Of a DNA stretch of 64,000 nt, positions 13,702-26,800 are shown piece by piece. A program made the position numbers and the translations under genes. Source of the stretch: Marsupella aquatica (taxonomy: Eukaryota; Plantae; Marchantiophyta); assembly GCA_973895155.1 (NCBI GenBank), contig OZ316896.1, positions 7,511,278 to 7,575,277 of the forward strand. The letters run 5' to 3'. How positions within the stretch are numbered: the first letter of the stretch is position 1; each line of letters opens with the position of its first letter. The notes below the pieces were generated by a model that was given only the letters and a program-made list of their open reading frames with translations, had not been told where the DNA came from and made no database searches.

Positions 13702-14293
13702 GTATATTCAGTAGTAATCTAGTAATCTCTATTGAATTTTGGACTTTTGATTTGCTACACGAGTCTCGTGTTGTTCCCCTGGTCTATCTAAATACAACAT
13801 TCAATACAAAGTTCCTCTAATGAGAATACTCATTTCAGAATATCCATCTCTCTATAGAAGTTTTAAGAGCCTACGAGTGTGTATTCAGTAGTAATCTCTA
13901 TTGAATTTTGGACTTTTGATTGTCTACACGAGCCTCGTGTTGTTCCCCTCGTCTATGCAAATACAACGTTCAATAGGAAGTTCCTAAAAGAAGAATACTC
14001 ATTTCAAAATATCCATCTCTGTATAGAAGGTTTAAGAGCCTACTAGTTTGGATTCAGTCGTAAACTGTATTGAATATTGGACTTTGGATTGTCTACACGA
14101 GCCTCGTGTTGTTCCCCTCGTCTATCCAAATACAATATTCAATAGAACGTTCCTCTAAGAAGTATACTCATTTCAAAATATGCATCTTTGTATAGAAGGT
14201 TTAAGAGCCTACTAGTGTGGATTCAGTCGTAATCTCTATTGAATATTGGACTTTTGATTGTCTACACGAGTCTTGTGTTGTTCCCCTCGTCTA
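13702..14293. repeat. 169-bp tandem repeat, about 3.5 units, each carrying a CTACACGAG-N-CTCGTGT site
   Basis: Anchor AATCTCTATTGAA or a variant at 13724, 13893, 14062 and 14231. Confidence 0.92.
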
Positions 14294-14489
14294 AGATACA
14301 ATAGAATTTTCTATTTAATGAAAGAACCTTCAACTTTGTAGATGACTGTCTCCATTGCTTGTTTAAACTGGATTTGAATTTTCAGTTCTGTGATATTTGC
14401 TTAGATTAGAGTTAGACATTTTCACACGAGCCTCATGTAGGCTGTTTTAAAAGATGTTTTTGTTGCAAATATTTTTCCTTAGATCCAAA

Positions 14490-17400
14490 ATGGCTTCAAG
14501 AACATAGCTTCTACCTGGAGAAGTCGTTCACCTGCTTATCAATGAACAACCAATTGCTGGTGGAAAGGTTTTTTGTGTTCTACCATCCGACACCTGCCAC
14601 TCTGTGTTGCTTGGAGCAGAACGGATAAGTGTGGCGGTGGACAATGCTTTCTTTCACCTCGAACAACTGCCGTATCCACATGCGGGAGTTGATCTAGTAG
14701 GAGAGTCGGTGAACTCCATTGTTTTGTGGGATCGGCAAGATGTCCGCCATGCAAATGACATGAATCTTGGAGGTCAAACAGAGTCAGCTTATGTCATTGA
14801 TGACCCAGTTGACAATATTCAAGGTAATTCTGAATCAGCCACCAGACTGGAGGGGACAGAGGTTTTTGCAGAGGATCTGAAAGATCATAGCACATGGTTC
14901 AAGAAGTTTGCCCTTCTCTATGCGGACGACGGAGAAACCTTGCTCGCAAGAGGTTGCATCATAAACCCACATCCTCTCGCATCCATTAACAACGAGCGAG
15001 TTGGGGAAGATCATGTTGGTGTGAATATTTGAGTCTAGCTATTGAAGCTGGCTTGGGAAAAGTTCTGTTCCCTCAATTTGTTGATGGATCACCATGCACA
15101 GGTCGATGGCCAATCAACAAAACTAGGATTGAGCCTGGAATGGAATGTCTGAGTGATCTTTTAGATCGGAATGATGGTAACGATGAGGGAGTTAGAATTC
15201 TCTCATATATCAAGCCAAAAAGGGGCTATAACAATCAACGAAGAAATCCTCAAGATTCAAACAAGAAGGAGAGAAAACGACTCGAGAAAAGACGCAATCA
15301 AAAGATGTCTCGAGTGTCCATAGATACTCTTTATCGGGTTGATTGTTGCTCACAGAGTTGTTGTCGACGACAACTCCGTGAGACCGTCACTGACATTAGG
15401 GAAGAGTACTATGGTCTATCTCATGTTGAGCAACATACTTACGTGCTCAATCATCTTCACTGTCGTGACGATGAAACCATCGCCTCAGGCATGATTGTAT
15501 TCAAGGGAAGCAGGATCTGCAAGGAAGCTTTCTGGAATATTCATGGATTTTCTCGAGGAACATTTTACACAATGTATTCACAATACATGGAGGGGGCAAA
15601 AGTTGGTGTTCATGGGAATGAAGGGACCATCAAGACCAAAGACTACGTTGTGTTGTTCACAGAATCAATTCGAAGTATCCTACATAAATGTGCAGAACCA
15701 ATGCCACATCTTCACAAAATTGGTGTTTCAGGCAAGCCGGAAGTTGTTTTCAGGGTTCCAATAAGTTTCGAGAGAAAAGATGTTTTTGAAGAGGCTTGCG
15801 AGCTTAACAAAAACCTGGGTATTCACTTACCCTCTCTCCCAACCTTCTACAAGCTTTTGGATAAATATTTCCCCAATTTCCAATTCCAAGATCGGAGCAA
15901 CTTTGCAAAATGCGATCTCTGCACGACCATTAAAGAAACACTTCGGGGGGAGAAACGGGTGGATAAGATTTTAGAAATCAAGGCAAAGCGCGAACGGCAT
16001 ATGTTGGAACAACAATCACTCAGGAGTATGTACTATGCAACAAAACTTGCGGCGGACCAAGAGCCCGACAAATATTTGTCTGTGATTCATGATAAAATGG
16101 ATCAAGCCAAGACCGGAATCCCTAAAATGACTTCTACACTCAAGAGCCAAGGAGGAAAATCAATCCCGCTACCAATGACGTTGACGAGGATGTTAACGCA
16201 TGGACGGGAGCCTGGAATTTATGCACATTTTGCCCTTTCTGGTTTGTGGGCAAGCAATCCTGATTTTACAGTCTCTTCGATTGCAAAGTTATTTCATGAT
16301 CTCGAATCATTTGTGGGAGATAAGACCGGCGATCTAGCTCTCAACACCTTTGACGTCACAGATCCAATCTTTGTATCCCTCTTGGATCGGCGTGCCTTTG
16401 AGGTAGGATACCTCGAAACCAAAAAGATCTCTCTCGCTCACTTCGCAGGGCTTGGTGATAATGTGCCACACGAGAGTCGTGTAGAGCCTTCAACATTGCT
16501 ACCCTTCAAGGCGCTTCCTCGACACCTCCACCTTCAACTTGATAACTCTGAAAGGATAACAAGAACCAGATAGTTCTGGCTTTCAATAGTGAGCTTGTTC
16601 TAAGAGGAGTGTTTGAGTCAGTAACTCTTTCCTTTTTGATGGTGGGGCACACTCATGAGGATGTGGATGCCTTCTTCTCTAGAGTCAGGATAAGGATCTA
16701 CAATCGAGAGCTTACCACATTTTTTGGTTTGATGGCGGAGGTTTGGGAGTGCGAGAAGAAACATCCGGTTCCAAGGTTCATCCGCGAAGTTGCATCTTAC
16801 AAAGCTTATGTAGGACCATTTGTCAAAAGGATCCAGGGTCAATCAGCACCTGTTCAATTCTTGTTCTCAATGAAGGAGAATGTCCCAGTCTACCAATATT
16901 GAGAGAAAATTGATACGCCTTGGCTACCAACAAAGGGTCAAACAATTTGGTTGTTTGACTTAGAGAGAAACCAATACAAATTTCCAATTGGAAGTCCTTA
17001 TTCCAAGCGGATGGAGTCTTCTCACAAGCGAGCGAATGACATTTTGGAATACTTGATCCATTATATCTCATGGCTAAAGACTTCATGGAAGGATGTTACA
17101 TCGGAGGGATATCGTCTCTGAAGTCCAGAGATTCAATACTGGGAAAACATTGTTTCTGTGTTTCAGGACACACTTTGCTCTCCTTTGCTAGCAGGGGTAG
17201 ATTATCCATTACTTGATGGATTCTGGCCTCAAACGAACCATGGAACTGGGTATCGTCAGGATGGTCAGAACGTGGATACCAACCTAAGCAAAGACAATGG
17301 GGTGATGCATAATCTGGAAAGAGAGCTTCAAGAAGATGAAGAAGAGAGGCAAACAATCTTTGTCGGACACCCTTCTGAGCGTGAGAGGTCAAGATTTAGT

Positions 17401-17799
17401 CCTCTAGAAGATATTAAAAAGAATACATTTGTTATTATTTGACCCCCCGATGAATTTGAAACCAGAATTCCGCAACGATTTTGGCTTGCAAAAGCAATCG
17501 ATTGTGTCGTAAGAGATCCCGACGATGCGCATGTTGGAGAGTTCCAAGTTGAATGGTGGCGCCCTCTTAATCGCAAGAGTTTGGCAACCGAATCAGAAAG
17601 ATATCAGGACTGCTTTAATTCAAAGCAAACGTGGGAAAGGGATCCCAATTACCTCATTCCCCCAGTCACAAATGATTGGATCCTAGCAACTTCAACCATC
17701 ACCAGATGGACATCAAAAGCAAAAGCAAAGGTAAAAGTTCCAGCGAGAGTTTTGGAAAGTGTGAAGGTTTACATTACAGAAACGATTGAAGAGAACTAA
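14490..17799 (+). pseudogene. DDE/DDD transposase of Sola-like/DUF7869 type with two N-terminal beta-barrel-like repeats and a C-terminal BAH/Tudor-like segment; stops and frameshifts
   Basis: CCSQSC, ICKEAFWNIHG, FAKCDLC, IHDKMDQAK, LHLQLDNSE and FLMVGHTHEDVDAFFSR motifs; C-terminal FWLAKA...FQVEWWRP. Confidence 0.75.
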
Positions 17800-18082
17800 A
17801 ATCCTTTCTCGACGCGAGACTCGCATGGAAGAAACTTGGTGATGCACGACACGTCCTAATTGTCGGGTTCAGGATTGTGGAAGAACAATAGGCGAGGTTG
17901 GAGCTGGTTTGTTCCAATCATTTTCCGCACGAGGCTCGTGTAGGCCGGATTACTTAGCTCGAGGATCATTTTTCAGAAAGTGAAAGGTGTGTACTTGTAC
18001 TCAATGTCATATTCACTGCAATGGCGCGCATATCGACCTTTGGCTCGTGTCTGTTGTGGCCACAATGATGGTTTGGTGCCGG

Positions 18083-20579
18083 TGTCACACGATTGACATG
18101 GGTCTTAACACCAAAAACGTCACTATGGGTGCCAAAATCATCTCCTTGTACCTAAGGATCACGAAGGGATGTTGTGAAGGCCGGTAAACACCAGTTTATG
18201 CCCTTAACACCAGACTATCATAGCAAGACTCCGTCACACATCACCCAAGCTTAATCCCTAAGAACCAAGGTTGGGAATCAGATCCTGTGCTCATGATAGT
18301 TCTGGTGAGAAGGGGTCTTCATATCGGGCCCGTACACACAGGGCCTAGCGCTACAGTGCGCATAGGTCTATACGTATGCTTACTGTCATAGGTATGTTTC
18401 TATTCCGCCGCCGGAATATATGTACCCATAGACCAATGACTCTGACTGATTCCCGGCTTAGGGACTTCTAAGCCATTGACCCACCACTCTGCCATTCCAC
18501 TCTCAACAATCAGAGCTATGACAGTCCTCACCCAGCCCGCTTCAATGCACCCTGTACACCTCTCAGTGGCGCTGCTAGTCCCATCATACACTCAGATTGC
18601 CTCACACACACACACATCCATGAGAGAAATGAGGCCTGAGAGGAAAACTCAATTAGATTCAAAGATGTGCACAATAGTTCACTGAGAACACTTGATCCGA
18701 ACACTAGGGCCGAAGGCTGTCTCCTCCAGATTGCGACATGCTTGCCCCGCAAGCCCCGTGCTTGCCATGCAAGCTCAATCCTGAACCTGAGCCCGGCTCA
18801 CTCCAGATTGCGATAGCAGATTGGACTCAAACCAATCTCGTACTTGCCTTGCAAACTCAATCCTGAACTCAACCTCCTTCACTGCACTTTATTCTTGGGG
18901 GCACATACATATCTCACACCTCCATTTCCGAATGTCAAGTTACGCATGCACAGTTGACTCGACTTCAAAGCTGGTACCAGGCCTAACGGCGATCTACCCC
19001 AGACTGCAATGAGGCCCGGCCTCACGCTTGCCCTGCAAGCTCATCCCTGGCCATAAATCCCTTAGTGCTCTCCACCAGACAAAGGCCGGGACTCCCCATG
19101 GATCACGTAGCCTTGCCAGACTGAACTGTAAATGCTCCTCCTGCTGCCCCTCAATCAGTGTCTCAGCCTCCCTAATGTGCTCACCGCAAAGCACATTGAA
19201 ATCCTCCCCACAGTTTACAATCACCAACACGTCACCTATCACCAAGGCTCTATATCGGGGGAAAAGAACCCAGTTGTGTTGCCTACTAGAAAGAGCCACA
19301 ATCTAGCTTGCAAACCTGGCCAACTATTGCTGTGAAGCGTGGCTGATTACTCCCTGAGTAATAGCACAACCAAGTTCTCCCAAACACACAGCTTGGACCA
19401 AGCCCAGCCTTCCTTGCACAGAGCTCCTCCCTGCTGCTCAATCCACGTGAGATCACACGACTGAAGTTCCCCCCCCTTGCCTCTACCGGGGGCTGCTCTA
19501 TATACTCTCATACTGAGCCCAAATGGGTGGATACTACGCTGCTGGAGCCCCATCCCAGCCCTAACAGAGCCGCCACTATCTCTAACTACTGAACCCTAAC
19601 TCGCAACTTTATTTCTATCTCGAATTGGCTATGTACTTCGGATTTGGCCCTCCTCCATGGTTTTTGCAAGCTTGCGCCTCCTCTCCCAATTTCTCTATTC
19701 AACCATTTGCTGCATGGATAGCAGCGTTGGAAGCGGCTTGAGCTCCTCTTTCCAATGAGGTCAATTATAGCCGGTTTGGCCAAATACATAGAAAGTTATG
19801 CCCCCGCAACCGAGAGGGGATACTCATTGCTACGCGCTAACCCGAGTTATATAGCTAACCCGAGTTCGGCTAGCCTAGCTATCCTATCTAACCTTAGAAG
19901 AGTTAACCCGTGGCCTCGGGCTAAGCCGCTATCCGTGTCCGTGTCCGCTATTCATGTCCGTTGTCCGTGTTAGTTGTCCATGTCTGTTGTCCGTGTTTGT
20001 TGTCCGTGTCCGTTATCCGTGTCCGCTATCTGTGCCTGCTGTCTACTATCCGTGTCCGTTGTTCGTGTTCGTTGTCTGCTATCCATTGTCTGTGTCCGTT
20101 GTCCGTTGTCCGCTATCCGTTGTCCCGGGTTTAGTCTAACCCCAATCTAAATCCGCTAGCCACTAGCCACTATCCGGTATCTGTATCCGCTAACCGTGTC
20201 CGCTAACCTCTATCCGTATCCGCTATCCGTGTCCGCTAACCTCTATCCGTATCCGCTATCCCGGGTTACACAAACCCGTCACACTAATAAGATCATATCT
20301 TTCCTAATACACCCCCGTTTTGAGAGTGTTTTATATCAATTTTACTCGTCTTGACCAGATCTTTCCAATGCTCTTTACAGATCCGGATTTGGTGACATAT
20401 TGAAAGAGATATGGTCGCCGACCACTCACGACATAGCTTTTATTTCCCTACTCTTAATGCCATGATTGCCCTTATGCTTGCCATCTTGCTAATTGTTATG
20501 CAATATCAATAGCTACTCCTTGCATCCAGCAGCCTAGTTAATCAGATTAAAGAATAAGGACCATGTCATCGGCATCACA
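18083..20579. mobile_element. Family-B solo-LTR-like element B2 (2497 bp)
   Basis: Ends TGTCACAC...GGCATCACA; exact TSD GCCGG (18078-18082 and 20580-20584); empty site visible in the neighbouring repeat unit near 20977. Confidence 0.95.
19926..20260. repeat. Degenerate TCCGTG/TCCGTTG/TCCGCTA 6-7-mer microsatellite inside B2
   Basis: Read directly; the B1 counterpart (TAGCGGA/TAGCGGG at about 6420-6453) is much shorter. Confidence 0.85.
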
Positions 20580-21247
20580 GCCGGATCACGAGATTTGGGT
20601 GGGATGAGCTCAATTTCCTTCATTATTGAGGTTAAATTGACAGGTGCTTTTGTATCATAATTGTGCTACATGAGGCTCGCGTAGGATGTCATAATCAACT
20701 TATGACTTGCAAATCTCGGATCTTATCACAGACACCCATATTCACACGGCATGTACTAATTTTCGGGTTGAGGACTGTGGGAGAACAATAAGCGAGGTTG
20801 GAGTTGGTTGGTTCCATTCACTTTCCGCACGAGGCTCATGTAGGCCGGACAGCTCTAGGATCATTATGACCTTTGGAAAGTGAAAGGTGTGTACTTGTAT
20901 TGAATGTCACTTTCACTGCAATGGCGCGCATGTCGACTTATGGCTCGGGTTCGTTGTGGCCACAATGATGGTGTGGTGCCGGGTCACGGGTTTTAGTATC
21001 ATAATTGTGCCATACGTGGCTCGTGTAGGATGTCATAATGAACTTATGACTTGCAAATCCCGGATCTCATCACACACACCTTTATTCGAGAGGCTTGTTT
21101 CTCTCCTTCAAGTTATGCTTTGTGATGAACTTCTGGCTCAGTCTCCAACATCTCTCTGATCAAATCTCCTTCTGATCAAATCTTCCTTTTCCAAATTGAG
21201 CATTTGACAACCATTTTGGATCGTGGTGATTTTCCTTAACTTTCATA

Positions 21248-21733
21248 TTGGCACTTGGGAGACGATTGAGGAGTTCTTCGGCATTACATACGGAGGAGAG
21301 TTCTAGAGCATTACAGGCAGAGAATGCAAATGAGGAGCGGTCCAACTTCTCTATGTGCTCGGAGCCATCCAATAGTTTCAACTCTGGAGTTGCTACAAGA
21401 ACAGAAACCATTCCTCCTCTTGGCAACCAAACTGTGGTTAGTCATGACAAGACAAACGACCAGGCACCTGTTGCAGATGAGGTGGAGGAGGAACAGAAAG
21501 AGCAAGAGAAGAAGCCGACAAAGGCCACGGAGGAGGAACAAAAGAGGATCCGTCGGGAGGAATGTCAAAAGATGAGGCATCGTTGGAAGAGGGAGCATTT
21601 GGCTGAGTATTACGGACCTTTGAAAAAGAAACGAAGCTCCGAGAGAAGTCTGAAGGAATGGGCAAGGGAAGAATTTCTAGATAGCGATAATGCGGACTCC
21701 GACAAGTGGATGCCATCATCCTGGAACGATTGA
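21248..21733 (+). CDS. Hypothetical charged low-complexity ORF, probably the 3' exon or remnant of a TE accessory gene
   Basis: 161-aa ORF rich in E/K/R with an NLS-like LKKKRS; no domain recognised. Confidence 0.3.
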   Translation: MALGRRLRSSSALHTEESSRALQAENANEERSNFSMCSEPSNSFNSGVATRTETIPPLGNQTVVSHDKTNDQAPVADEVEEEQKEQEKKPTKATEEEQKRIRREECQKMRHRWKREHLAEYYGPLKKKRSSERSLKEWAREEFLDSDNADSDKWMPSSWND

Positions 21734-23845
21734 ATGAGGCATTCTGGAGTCAGCTCTCGGGAGGTATTTTGGAGCTGTTTTTTGTGCGGATGCGATCATC
21801 GCGTAGGAATTTGTTAGTTGATCATGCATTTTGTTTAGGTGTGAACAGAAAGTGCTTGCGTTTTCCGCCTTAGTGTTTTTCGCTTGGGAGGCTTCGGCGT
21901 TTCTGAGCCTAGGAGGTTGATTTCAGGGATGCCTACGCCGACATCAACCAGAATTTTTGTTAGGCACATATGTTTCCTATGAATATACCAAGCTTATCTT
22001 TATGTGTACAAATGTGGAATGTTGTTTTGTTATGCAAATTGGATGTTGGTGCTCTTTGATTTGCAATCCCCTTGTTCTTTGGTCTTGGTCTTCGGCAGAG
22101 AGGAGCCTCTTTTCACACAACGCTTCTCCCTCTGCGTGTGGGATGGGAGGAGAGAGTATAGAGGAGCCTTTATTCTCACGATGCCTTCTCCTATTGCGTG
22201 TGTTGGTGGAGGAGAGTGGCTCACGCTCGATTGCAGATGAACGGCTTGTGCAAAGTCCTTCGTCTATCATACTCCTCCCTCACAACTAGACTTGTAGAAT
22301 TCCTGTATGCAGCATTCTAGGCATCGATAAAGCTTGCAAAAATGCTTGCTAAACTATATGCTCCTCTGGACTGTTACACTTGGTCCCGCCCACTTTTTAT
22401 GATCATATGTAGTCATCTCCAGTATCTTACTCTTCATTGAAGCTTTGAGTGCACCTTTTGTTCCGTCGTGCCCCTTAGGTGTCAGGGCGACTCTTGTTGT
22501 TGAGCTTTTACTCTTTACTCTTGTGCGACTCTCTGGCCCTCTTCTTTTTGGGGCTTTTAGGGGTATGTTGTGCATGTTCTTTGTTGTGTGTGAGGCTGCT
22601 TGTTCCCCCTTGTCGTGTGGCTTGTCGTGGCTGGTCTCTATCTATTAAAACACTCATTGGGATGAAGTTAACAACGTGTGAACCTAAGCCCCTTTTCTTA
22701 TGCTATGTCTCAAAAGTTTGTACCAAATCACAACTTGAAGTTTCCAAAATTGGTGCTGAAGTATCCGGAAGAAAATTGGAATTGTTCAGAACCCTTATTT
22801 AAAACTCAAAAAGTATGTTTTCAAATTTCTAAAAAGTAACATTCAATTTTCCAAAAGTACACTATCAAAATTCCAAGTGGACTATAATATTCCAGAGTTA
22901 GTGAAAGTATTGATAAATCCTGATGTGTACACTTGATGTTTCTAGACTTGGTGAAGTAAATCCGATGCCCGTAAATGCAGTTCAAAACTCTTAGACATCC
23001 CCTTGACACATTTTACATGAGTCAGTTCGTGTTTTTTGATGCTTAGTCTTATGGATATGAGTCAATCTTTGCACCAAATATCATTTGAAAGTCTTCAAAA
23101 TGCTTGTAGTTTCTGGTGGAGGGGTCTTACCCGTGACACGTTCCATATTAGCGCTCGGCGCTATCATTGGAATGCTCAAAATTATAGTTCTGATACCAAT
23201 GGAATTCTGAAAAATATTTGTGGATATGGATGAGTTTGTATTACGCTCTCGTGATGAGTAGCATCGAATCGGATGTTGTTTATGATAGCGCCAAGCGCTA
23301 ATAAACACTTATGGATTAATCGGTCAAAAAAGGGTCCATTTTGTCCATCAATGCTAGAATTCCATTGGAATTGTGTAAAAACACATATGTGGACGATTTG
23401 TTAGCGCTCGGCGCTATTGAAATTAGTAGTTTAAATTGGGTAATATCGAGTTGTTTTTGCTAGCGCTTGGCGCTATCAATAAGGCCAAACGATCAACGGT
23501 CATATTTTATCGGTAACATTGAGGATTGCTGGTCACGTGTAACATTGAGTTTGCTGGTCACATAAGACGGTTGCTGGTCCAATGGTAATCTTCCAAGTGT
23601 TCAGATCTATTGGTGTTACCGTTAAGCAACACTCTAATGTGCTAGAGACTCCATCTCTTAACCTTCTATGGGGACTTGGCGCTCGTGGGAGATATGTGAT
23701 TCTCTAGGAGCAGCCTGTTCAAACGTGACATTCTGTTCCTGAGTCTGTTACTCCGTACTGGCCTTAGGGGCTCTGGGAGAGTTGTACGATACTATTCGAC
23801 GTTCTACTCAACGCCATCGCCATCTCTTAGTGGGGTAATACAAGG

Positions 23846-26800
23846 ATGGGAGATAGTCATGCCGGTCATTTTGAGTCCTCACAGTCCTCTTTTTCAGGTT
23901 CTGTGTACACCCGTCGTGTGACTCGGTCCGTTGCGTCTCATTCACATTCAGACATTGGCTCAACTCTTCCAACCACGCGATCAAGAAGGGGGAGAATGGA
24001 CATGACTGAGGAAGTTGCGTGGGTTGATTTTGGTGTTGCTGGACTTTCAATGGACGAGTACATATCCAAGCATGTCTTGTCCTTTGGCAAAGATTTTAGA
24101 GGATTGGAGACTCAGGAGCCTCCACAAATTCCTCTGTGTCGATTGATTCATATGGAAGTGGTGCGGATGTTGCAGAAGCAGAGCGCCTCCATTGACAAAT
24201 TGAAGAAGTCATTCCGGATTTCTGGATACAATTCACGCATGGGCATGCCATTTTACGTACAGCCAACGAATGCGGATGGGGTTCCACAGATTTGCACTAA
24301 TGAGATTAGAGCCTCTTGGGACCCAATCTTGGTTGCCGTGAATGACAAGTTCGAGGAAGAGTGTGACGCTGTTCCTGATTTCAGAGTTTTGAAGGACAAG
24401 ATGTTTTGTGTCTTTGATGGAAATCACCGTTTGTATTCATGGTCGATTGTGACAGTAGAGCATCCGGACAACATTAAGTACCACCCTCGTGTGACTTGCA
24501 TTGTTTTCAATGGAGATAAAGGTTCCCTCGTGGAGCTTGAGGCTGCCATGCACGCTGTCAACCAGTAAGTCATTCCTCCGGATAACCTCATTTAATATGA
24601 CGTACTAGTTCAAGATGTACTTTTGATGTGATATTATCTTTGGTGTTTTACTAGCGCCCGACGCTACTAATTTCCATTTAAATTTTGACGTAGGTTGGGA
24701 CAAGCTATGGTTGAGCCATCTTGGATTCTTGATGCTGACAGAATCTCTCGTCTTTTATCCCGCGACCTAGAGCACTACAAACCCCTCATTGATGCTACAA
24801 GTTATGCAAAGTTTGAAGCCATTCAAAAGAAGACTCGCAAGGGTTCTTGGTATACACACAAGATGCCACAAGACGCGCTCATCTACATTTTGTATGAGAA
24901 CAAGACTAAATCTTACACAAACCAGTTCAAAGTGGACATGGATTTTGCAGCAGCCCAGGGGACTCCTTGGTCTGAAGAGGAGACGCAGAAGAGGCATGAA
25001 GGTATGATGAAAGAAGCGACAAAAGATTGGGCTATCAAAGTAACAAAGATCACTCCATTGCTACACCCTGATTTTGGTGACTACTTGGCCACATGTGCGG
25101 ACATGTTTCCCGTGACAAAGAAGAACAAAAGAGAAAAGAAACCCAATACAGTTGTTTGCACTATGGATCGCGCTCGCCTGTTTACTGCAGTGACTTATCT
25201 AGATCCAAAGCCAAGGTGTACACTTCTTGTCGCCCATTGTACTCCAGAGATTCGGAAACAGTTCTTTCATCCGACTAGTGTGAACGACAATCCAGTAAAA
25301 CAGTGGTGCCATACCTAGCATATCTAGAATTCAGTGGAGGAAATTGCTACTGGATTGATCCTCACCTCGCTCGAGCAGATTTTGGATCGCATGCCAGATG
25401 ATCGTCTAGTCAAGTCTGGTTGTGAGTCCGTGGATTTTCTCATGAAGTCCATTATTGAAGAATTCAAATCATTTGGAGACCTTGTCAAGGCTAAACTTTT
25501 CAACATAATGTGGCCATCAAAGTATGCAGACAAGGAGGACTACACTGAGCGGAACCAGAAACGAGCCAAACGATACGTTTACCATTTCTACATGTGGATG
25601 GAGTTGCGATCTCCTGAGGTTTTGTGGGCTTACCCTGGTGCATTTCAAAAGTGGGTGATGATCAAAGATGGTGACCACCTTGTTGATCTATATTCGATGT
25701 ACCCAGCTGAGGGAAAGTTTCCACCTCGTGCCTTGTCAGAGTGGGAGAGACTCCACTGCCCATGGTATCTAGACACTGACAAATGGGATCTGCCTTTTGA
25801 CGAGGTGGAGAAAGACGCTTTCATGAAGTTGCAAAAGTCACAAATCCCGGCAAGGTATGTATCGGAGATGAAGCAAGGTCTTGCAATTGAAGTGGACGCT
25901 TTGACAACTAAGCTGCAAAAGAAATGCGAGACAGTCGTCGTGCATGTTGATCGGAGCCGAAAGCCAAGAGTGAAGGCCAAGAATGAATCTGCAGCTCCCA
26001 GTGAATTAACTCGATCTCTTAAAAAACATAAGTATGCCTCTTAGGATTCAGTAAGGGATTCCCGCTCTTGTTCGTATGACATATTTTTCCCCAATTGATA
26101 CTAGCGTCGAGCGCTATTATGAGAACTAGTTCCGTTGAGTAACGTATCTCTGTCTTTCAGGGGGAAGGAAGTTGGATGCCACCACTGATGTAAAAGATGA
26201 CGCTACTCCTCAGGCCTCTAAAGCTAACACTGGTGCGGAAAATACACCAGATCCGGGAACCCTTGGGGAGAGTGGAAAGGCAGTGGTTCCAGTGGACGCG
26301 ACAAGTATGAAGAAGAAGAAAAAGAGAGGAACACTTGATGATAGGTTCGGATCTTCGTCCCGAGATTCAGTTGCATCTACTGGATTGCAAAGAGATGTGA
26401 GGAATTTCAAACAAAAGTGTACTCGACATTGTTTTGTGGAGTTGAGTGTTACAGAATGTTTTGATTCCCTGTTTAACAAGGGAGAAAAGCCGGACTGGGT
26501 TTCTAATATTGAAGGTTGGGGGAAAGAGCTGGTGAAGTCTGGGGATTGAGCAAAAGGGGTTGTCCAAGGGGGAAAAGAAAGAGCTTTTGGAGTTGATGCT
26601 GGTTTCATATATCTTTCGACTGGGTTGAAACCAACACTTGTGGATAGGAAGGTTCCTAAATGGAACCTACAAGATTATACAATTCCAAGTGCCTTCTTCA
26701 GAACAATGGATCCTTTCCTAGCAGATGATGGATTGCTAGCGATTTTGCACAGGGGCGACTACGACCAAGTTTCTGAAGTCATTGCAGCTTGTCAAGATTC

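Larger units (their letters stand above)
17860..21080. repeat. Degenerate ~400-bp tandem duplication (interrupted by B2) containing palindromic motif-1 copies
   Basis: AGGAYTGTGG...GCGAGGTTGGAG at 17871 and 20771 (398 bp apart once B2 plus one TSD is removed). The second unit shows the empty B2 site GGTGCCGGGTCACG. Confidence 0.8.

Noticed and set aside
12595-14293. CRISPR-like array of palindromic repeats
   Set aside because: Spacing is irregular or the spacers are themselves repeated; no cas genes; eukaryotic context.
5878-20579. B1 and B2 as the paired LTRs or TIRs of one 14.7-kb element
   Set aside because: Each copy has its own distinct 5-bp TSD, so they are independent insertions.
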